Made by a program: the position numbers and the translations under genes
IMG/VR virus record: IMGVR_UViG_3300004151_000006
Span: 1-64,000 of that record
Length of the DNA: 64,000 bases
Direction: 5' to 3' (one strand)
Part shown: positions 57,979 through 64,000 of the stretch, in pieces
Layout of the letters: each line of letters opens with the position of its first letter
How positions within the stretch are numbered: position 1 is the stretch's first letter
The notes under the pieces: generated by a model
Databases searched by the model: none
What the model was told of the DNA's origin: nothing
What the model saw: the letters and a program-made list of their open reading frames with translations, nothing else

Positions 57979-60012
57979 TTAAGCCTCCTCGGGGGTGTAG
58001 CCACTGCGCCAACAAACGATATCCACATCCCAAATGCGGTTCGGGGCATGGCCAATCAGATTGACAGTACCGTGGGTAGTATAACCGATCTTTTGTTCTT
58101 CATCAGTACGATAGAAATTCACTGAGACACCATATGTACCATTGAGCATATGCTGCATATCTTTCAGCGTAGTACGCTTGGCAGCAGCAGCCAGGATCTC
58201 AAACGGGAGTTCCTTACCGGCATGGACCGCCCAGTTGTACCGCACGATGTGCTTCGTATAGACCACGGCATCAGTGAAGATAGCCGAAGACAGAACCGAA
58301 GTGTCGTAACGATAAACAGTGCGGATATCCGGCCAGTGTACCCGATGACGATCGTAGAACTGGACATAGTTGAGACCATAGTCCCAGCTATCCTGCTTAT
58401 GATCGACCTTGCAGGGGAACCAGTTCATCTTGGTGACCTTGAAGAGCTTGACCTGCGAAAGCGGGAGACCCTTCGGCATGCCATCCAAGTAGTTCTTGGA
58501 CTGGTGATATGCACGCTTGGTCATGGCTTCCAACGTCAACGGAAGGAAACCCTCATACCTGGTATTGTCTACCAGATACCCAGCTTGCTGGTAGATCTCC
58601 ACCCTGCAGCATTCCGTACCATGGATGATAGATTCCGGCTGCAAGAGAGCTGCACTGTGTACAGCCATACCAACAGACATATCTTCATCCTTGGTATTCA
58701 TTCGATCCCGCTGACAATCCTGGGTAGACAAGATCACCTTGATGTCATCCCGCACAGCCAGGAAGCTCAAGAAAGCTTTCTTAGTTTCCAGCAAGACACC
58801 CGTATCCCAGACATGGGTAATGGGGAATCGAGCAGAATCAGAGATTTCCGGGAACAGATCATCTTTCAACCATTGACGAGTCAACGTTTCAATTGAAGTA
58901 TCAGTAATATCACCATCAGACCCACCAGACAAATAGATAATATAATTCTGATTAAGGACAACACTATTGGGATCAGTAGCATCCATTTCGATTTCCACAT
59001 GATCAAGATACGTACCATCAGCTTTACGACCAGTGAACAGATCGATCATATAGGGATTAGTTTCAGTCACATTAGGTTCAACATTAAGAACCGCAGTAGC
59101 TACAGCTTTATAATAGTTATCATAAGTGTGTACAGCAAAAGGAAGTTTAGAGAGCTGCATAGTCGAAGACCAGAACAAATCATCCAGTACATAGGTGAGT
59201 GCTAAATTCTTATCTAAAGTCTTATCAATAGCATCAGGACGAATACTGGCACGCACAAATGAATCACCATATGAAGAACGTACAGGAGAAACAGTATCCT
59301 GACCATACGTCTTTTTAACTACATAATACTGAAACTCCAAAGCACCAATACGGGATACCTGAGCTGCATCCACATTGATCGGATCATAATGAATCTTATA
59401 TCCAAGTTCATCACCATATTCACCAGGATACAAAGCACGATGTGCCAACATTGGGAAAGTCTGAGTGGATACACCAGCTTCTTCTACAGTGACAGGTCTC
59501 AATGAATTAAGTGTAACATCCTGTGCAATGATATCTTTAGTCCATTTCAATTTATATCCAGGTTCCTTAATGATATCACCAGAAGTAGCATCAGTGAGCG
59601 GAATCTTATTTCCATCAGTATCTAAAACAAAGCCACCGAATTCATCTTTCTTATACTGGGTAATTTGTGCAGGAGTGATTTTCAATTTCAGTGCAGAAGA
59701 AGAATACTTAGCAGTATCTGGAGCCAGTCGGACATAGAAACAGCCCTGACGTTCAAAAAGATGCTGCATATAAACAGATTCACGAGAATGATATTTTGAA
59801 TACTTGTCAAACGTACCTTCACCATACATCCATTTTGCAGAATCATAGGTCCCATTCCACGTAGGAAATCCAATGGGGCCTTGCATAGCACGCCCAAAAA
59901 ACACGGGACGATGTAATGGGAGTTCTTCCCGATACAGCGGCGTGTAAATGGACTTGTCCAACACGTTCATTTGCGCATGCGGAAACGTGTTTAAGATAGA
60001 CGTCGTACCCAT
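57979..60012 (-). CDS. tail sheath protein (phiKZ gp29-like)
   Basis: PLHRPVF..A..GP, YGEGTFD, YLSGGSDG, WDTG, PESIIHGT..CR, RTVY.YDTSVL; GAAGGAG before ATG 60012. Confidence 0.85.
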   Translation of the reverse strand: MGTTSILNTFPHAQMNVLDKSIYTPLYREELPLHRPVFFGRAMQGPIGFPTWNGTYDSAKWMYGEGTFDKYSKYHSRESVYMQHLFERQGCFYVRLAPDTAKYSSSALKLKITPAQITQYKKDEFGGFVLDTDGNKIPLTDATSGDIIKEPGYKLKWTKDIIAQDVTLNSLRPVTVEEAGVSTQTFPMLAHRALYPGEYGDELGYKIHYDPINVDAAQVSRIGALEFQYYVVKKTYGQDTVSPVRSSYGDSFVRASIRPDAIDKTLDKNLALTYVLDDLFWSSTMQLSKLPFAVHTYDNYYKAVATAVLNVEPNVTETNPYMIDLFTGRKADGTYLDHVEIEMDATDPNSVVLNQNYIIYLSGGSDGDITDTSIETLTRQWLKDDLFPEISDSARFPITHVWDTGVLLETKKAFLSFLAVRDDIKVILSTQDCQRDRMNTKDEDMSVGMAVHSAALLQPESIIHGTECCRVEIYQQAGYLVDNTRYEGFLPLTLEAMTKRAYHQSKNYLDGMPKGLPLSQVKLFKVTKMNWFPCKVDHKQDSWDYGLNYVQFYDRHRVHWPDIRTVYRYDTSVLSSAIFTDAVVYTKHIVRYNWAVHAGKELPFEILAAAAKRTTLKDMQHMLNGTYGVSVNFYRTDEEQKIGYTTHGTVNLIGHAPNRIWDVDIVCWRSGYTPEEA

Positions 60013-60175
60013 GTGTGTGCTCCTTCCTGAAGGAAAAATGCTCAACGCTGCCGGGGCATCGTATAGGTTAACGATTTTGGAGCAATCTTGCCTATAAGAT
60101 TGCCTGATAGCAACTTACTGAGGAATATAAAACTCAGTATACCAAATATACCCTTTTACCTAAAAGGATCCACAT

Positions 60176-61213
60176 ATGTTGAATAAAACACTGCTATCTA
60201 CCCAAGCTGCTGAGCTCTCCGGTATCAATGCCACGATACCTAAAATAGTAAAATATTTAGCTGACAACAGAAATTGTTATCTTGACAATGGTGTGATGCG
60301 CAACATTTATCAAATGAAACCACTCATCCCAACAGCATTCAATATCATTTTTGATAATATCCTAGAAAGTGATAAATTAGATGTGTTTGCACCTATCCGT
60401 ACAGATATGGGTACTGTACCTGAATTTCTTTCTACTAATGAATTTGTGTTGGATTTAAAATGGATACCCACAAGCAGTGAAGTACTTAGATCTTATCCAG
60501 AATTTCACCATAAAGTATTGATTAATTTAAGCCCTATCTTAAGAGTGAGTAAAACTACGCCGATACACTACAGCGTGAGTGACATCAACGTCATGCATGC
60601 TCTCTTTGTAAGAGCAGCTTTAGTTGCCTCATATCAAGATAGTGATGGTTGGCTTACTCCCCAATTGGGAGTATTTATCGCAAAAACCTATAGTATGGTG
60701 ATTTCTAGCCTTTTGGCTAAGCAATATGATTTGACTATCGTAGAACAATATACACTTGCTAGTGTATTTGCACTTTATATGTGTCAGATGTTAGGTGATA
60801 AAGATGATGATCTTATCATGCCTGCACTGTTTAATCGATGCACTTTTCTTTTTCCTCAACACAATCAATTAATAGCTATTGCTAAAGCTATGGAACATTA
60901 TTCAAAGATTGGACTCAATGTCGGTAGTATTTGTCAACTCATCTCTGAATTGGGACCCCAGCGTATGAAAGATTTTAATCCAAATATTCTGTATCGTAAT
61001 ATTAGTAATCTTGGTACTTCAACGATTCAAATGGCATTGGCTTTTGAATGTCCACCATTGTGGGTATATCAATTATTACTTACTATCTCTGGAGTAAAGA
61101 CACGTCTTCATCATGTGCTCAAAGAAAATAGACTCTTTGAAGACTGTAAATCATTTGGACGTGAATTGAATACTTCTCGTACATTCATTGATATACTCAA
61201 TACCAATCGTTAA
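60176..61213 (+). CDS. virion structural protein (phiKZ gp28-like)
   Basis: divergent from sheath as in phiKZ gene order; MALAFECPP. Confidence 0.6.
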   Translation: MLNKTLLSTQAAELSGINATIPKIVKYLADNRNCYLDNGVMRNIYQMKPLIPTAFNIIFDNILESDKLDVFAPIRTDMGTVPEFLSTNEFVLDLKWIPTSSEVLRSYPEFHHKVLINLSPILRVSKTTPIHYSVSDINVMHALFVRAALVASYQDSDGWLTPQLGVFIAKTYSMVISSLLAKQYDLTIVEQYTLASVFALYMCQMLGDKDDDLIMPALFNRCTFLFPQHNQLIAIAKAMEHYSKIGLNVGSICQLISELGPQRMKDFNPNILYRNISNLGTSTIQMALAFECPPLWVYQLLLTISGVKTRLHHVLKENRLFEDCKSFGRELNTSRTFIDILNTNR

Positions 61214-61243
61214 TATGTTTATTCATCAAAGGAGTAGTTCCCC

Positions 61244-63916
61244 ATGACAGATACTGAAAAAGCATTATGTGAAATACTCAATCAATATTGTTTTGATTGG
61301 GTATGGAATGAACCACTCTCTGAACTCCGTGAAAATATCAAACCAATACTTCTTAGTACCAGATCACAAAAAGGTAATTTTATTTATAAAGAAGAACTCA
61401 TTCCAGTACCTAATCAAGTAGATGGACCATTTTTCATGTATGGTATGTTTTATTCAGATGTCTGTGTGAATTTTACTATTCCAACAGAAACTTGGATAAG
61501 TCTAGAAACACTCTGTAATGATCACAATGTATTGATGGATATGTATAGTCATAAAGGTAAAGTCTGTCATAAAGGATATACTTTCATCCAGCTCAATAAG
61601 AGTAGGACTCGTATACTCATTGCTATCCAAAAAAATATGTGTAAACAATTCATTGATATAAATGATATGGATGAAGTCTATTTCACTGTACAGTTTGACA
61701 GTGATAAAGTCAATGAATGTACTGTCTATAGTCATTTCATCCCAACTACTGATATGTCTGGTACTTATAGATCCATGTTACTTCAACAACTCAATGCTTG
61801 GTCTCCTAAGTATCAACAGACTGTAATGTATATCAATGGTGTTGAATCTACTGACTTTGCTCCAAGTCTTAAGATGGGAGATTATATTGATGTTATTGTT
61901 GATGAGAATATAGCATTTAGTTTTGATCTTGATCTCACTGATATTACTAAAGATTTTGCTTATTATTCTGAAATGGATAAAACATATAAACAAATAATCC
62001 ATATTCCCAAAACTTTAAATCCAATCAATAGAGTAATTACTCATGATACTTGTGATATCTGGGTAAGGAGGAAAGTCCCCCTTACCCGTAGTGTGGAAGG
62101 TGCATATATGCACCGTGCAGCTAAACGTGGTGTCACTAATATTACACATAATGATTTTGGTATCCCTTTATATATCTTAGATGCATTTCGAGATCATCTA
62201 GATACTCAAGATATCACATTGCATGTTGTGTGTCGTTATTATGATAAAGACAATACCTTAATAAGAGATGCATCATTCATTGATCTTCTTTATACTCAAG
62301 ATGATGAGACTATCCTTACTACTTTAAAAGGTAATCTTAATTTCATTGGATTAGATTTTTGGAAAGCATATCAATTAGAACAAACTGAATATGTAAAGAT
62401 GTTTTTCAATCTAGCCGAACTTTATAGTGTCAATTTAGAATATTATGTAAAAGCTTTAGGTTATTATCACACCATTGTACTATTGGCATCTCGTATAGCT
62501 ACAAAGACCATCAGTATGGAAAGTACTCCTGAATTTTATGTGAATAGAGTTATGGTCTATGAAAAACCACCTCTTTATAAACAATATAAATCATTACCTT
62601 TGGTCTATCGCAATGGGCTCAAATTAAAATATAGTGATTATGGATATGTTGATCAGGGTGATACTATCACCATTAGTATGGGTGATGATGTAGTATCTAA
62701 CAGTGGTGATACTTTTACTACAGTATTGTATCTCGATGATGATAGATCTATTTATCTTGTAAATCCCAATACCACAGATACTTTCATTCAACTTCCTTAT
62801 ACTAAATTTAAATTATATGAAGTCACCACTGATGAATATCGTACATTTAAGGGAGTGGATCAAACAAGTAATGTAAGTTATAAAGATGTGACTGATGTCT
62901 ATGGACTCTATGCACTCCACACCACTGTGGATGGAATTTTACAATTAAGTTATGGTCCTGATATGCAAGACAAGACCTATGTTATTTGTAATGATAGATG
63001 TAGCTATGTTTATACGTATGATATTACTTCATTAGTTACTGCAGGTGAAAATGTGGTAATCCCCATTCAAATGAATGTGAAAAATAAAGCTAATGTACAA
63101 GTGCCCATCATTAATTTTAATAATATCTCAGTGTATATTAATGGTAGATATTTAATCAAAGACTTGGATTTCATTGTCAACACTGTCTATAATCATCTTG
63201 ATAATGTATCATTTAAACAGATCGTAATTCAGACTATGGAATATTTGATTGAACCTGGTACTAATTGGGTAGAAGTAATCCTCAATACAGATGAGATTGA
63301 TGATAGTTCTCTAAGTTTTCAAATCTCTGGTATCTGTACTGATCCTACTCCAGCCAATCTCTGGTTTCCCACCGTATCATTGTTACATATTGATGGTCAA
63401 TTGGTGAATCAAGTGACTGATAAAGGAGTATATCTTTCTGTTGATCCTGATAAATATAGACAAGGTGCACCTTATGAGGTACAAACTAGTGTGCCTGGTA
63501 TAGTAAGAGAGTTCATCTCTAAATATCATACTAATGAAGACAAAGCTCGTTTAGCAAAGATCAATGAATATTTTGGACAATTAAATCCCAATTATCCTGA
63601 TATAACTTTATTACCACAATCACACCGTATATATTCTACACTACTCAATAGGGTACTGAGAGATATTGTATTCGGTAATAAACAAATGGCTGATGATCCC
63701 GATAGTAATCGTATTAAAGAACAGCTTTTAGACTATGATTATCTTCGTGAATTAGACATTGTCCAACTCAATAAAAACAATTCTATGTATATTGATTATT
63801 ATCCAAGTTATAGACAATATGAATATACCTCTGAACAATTGTTGGTAATCAAAACTATCATCTCTTCTAACCTACCCAATGAAGCCATTAGGGCTAAGGC
63901 GGATACTCACAAATGA
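61244..63916 (+). CDS. large virion structural protein (phiKZ gp27-like)
   Basis: VWNEP, YING, ITHNDFGIP, VYINGRYLIKDLDF; AAGGAG RBS. Confidence 0.7.
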   Translation: MTDTEKALCEILNQYCFDWVWNEPLSELRENIKPILLSTRSQKGNFIYKEELIPVPNQVDGPFFMYGMFYSDVCVNFTIPTETWISLETLCNDHNVLMDMYSHKGKVCHKGYTFIQLNKSRTRILIAIQKNMCKQFIDINDMDEVYFTVQFDSDKVNECTVYSHFIPTTDMSGTYRSMLLQQLNAWSPKYQQTVMYINGVESTDFAPSLKMGDYIDVIVDENIAFSFDLDLTDITKDFAYYSEMDKTYKQIIHIPKTLNPINRVITHDTCDIWVRRKVPLTRSVEGAYMHRAAKRGVTNITHNDFGIPLYILDAFRDHLDTQDITLHVVCRYYDKDNTLIRDASFIDLLYTQDDETILTTLKGNLNFIGLDFWKAYQLEQTEYVKMFFNLAELYSVNLEYYVKALGYYHTIVLLASRIATKTISMESTPEFYVNRVMVYEKPPLYKQYKSLPLVYRNGLKLKYSDYGYVDQGDTITISMGDDVVSNSGDTFTTVLYLDDDRSIYLVNPNTTDTFIQLPYTKFKLYEVTTDEYRTFKGVDQTSNVSYKDVTDVYGLYALHTTVDGILQLSYGPDMQDKTYVICNDRCSYVYTYDITSLVTAGENVVIPIQMNVKNKANVQVPIINFNNISVYINGRYLIKDLDFIVNTVYNHLDNVSFKQIVIQTMEYLIEPGTNWVEVILNTDEIDDSSLSFQISGICTDPTPANLWFPTVSLLHIDGQLVNQVTDKGVYLSVDPDKYRQGAPYEVQTSVPGIVREFISKYHTNEDKARLAKINEYFGQLNPNYPDITLLPQSHRIYSTLLNRVLRDIVFGNKQMADDPDSNRIKEQLLDYDYLRELDIVQLNKNNSMYIDYYPSYRQYEYTSEQLLVIKTIISSNLPNEAIRAKADTHK

Positions 63917-64000
63917 GCGGAAAGACTACAGTCAATTTATTTTGGAAAGAGGTACCCACTGGCTGCTACATGGATGATGTATACGATCCAGATAGGGACG
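63913..64000 (+). CDS. 5' end of next gene (truncated by window)
   Basis: ATGA overlap with previous stop; MSGKTTVNLFWKEVP... Confidence 0.6.
   Translation, partial: MSGKTTVNLFWKEVPTGCYMDDVYDPDRD

Noticed and set aside
57211-58896. + strand ORFs 57211..57441, 57646..58125 and 58150..58896
   Set aside because: Antisense shadows of the GC-rich tube and sheath codons.

Overview
AT-rich segment of a phiKZ-like jumbo myophage genome in the standard genetic code. Core genes: polymerase half of a split B-family DNA polymerase, three fragments of the multisubunit phage RNA polymerases, portal, tail sheath, tail tube and neighbouring structural genes, tail-fibre assembly proteins, RNase H, GyrB/GyrA-like type II topoisomerase subunits and a divergent GroEL-like chaperonin. 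Accessory clusters encode SLOG, Doc with a putative antitoxin, NADAR and Zn-finger proteins. Best candidates for undescribed biology: (1) an RNA locus at 41690-42690, with a ~490-nt densely base-paired, apparently pseudoknotted non-coding RNA, two normal tRNAs, an aberrant tRNA-like gene with an 8-bp acceptor stem, and a second ~130-nt structured RNA; (2) a probable programmed -1 frameshift (T TTT TTT at 9121-9115) in a tail-assembly-chaperone-like gene pair coupled to the chaperonin; (3) a regulatory pattern of ~20 long GC-rich hairpins at gene ends, phiKZ-type TATATYAY early promoters and a recurrent oriented ATNNTATAG motif. All homology calls come from motif recognition and recalled family knowledge, not database searches. 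phiKZ gp numbers are recalled equivalences.
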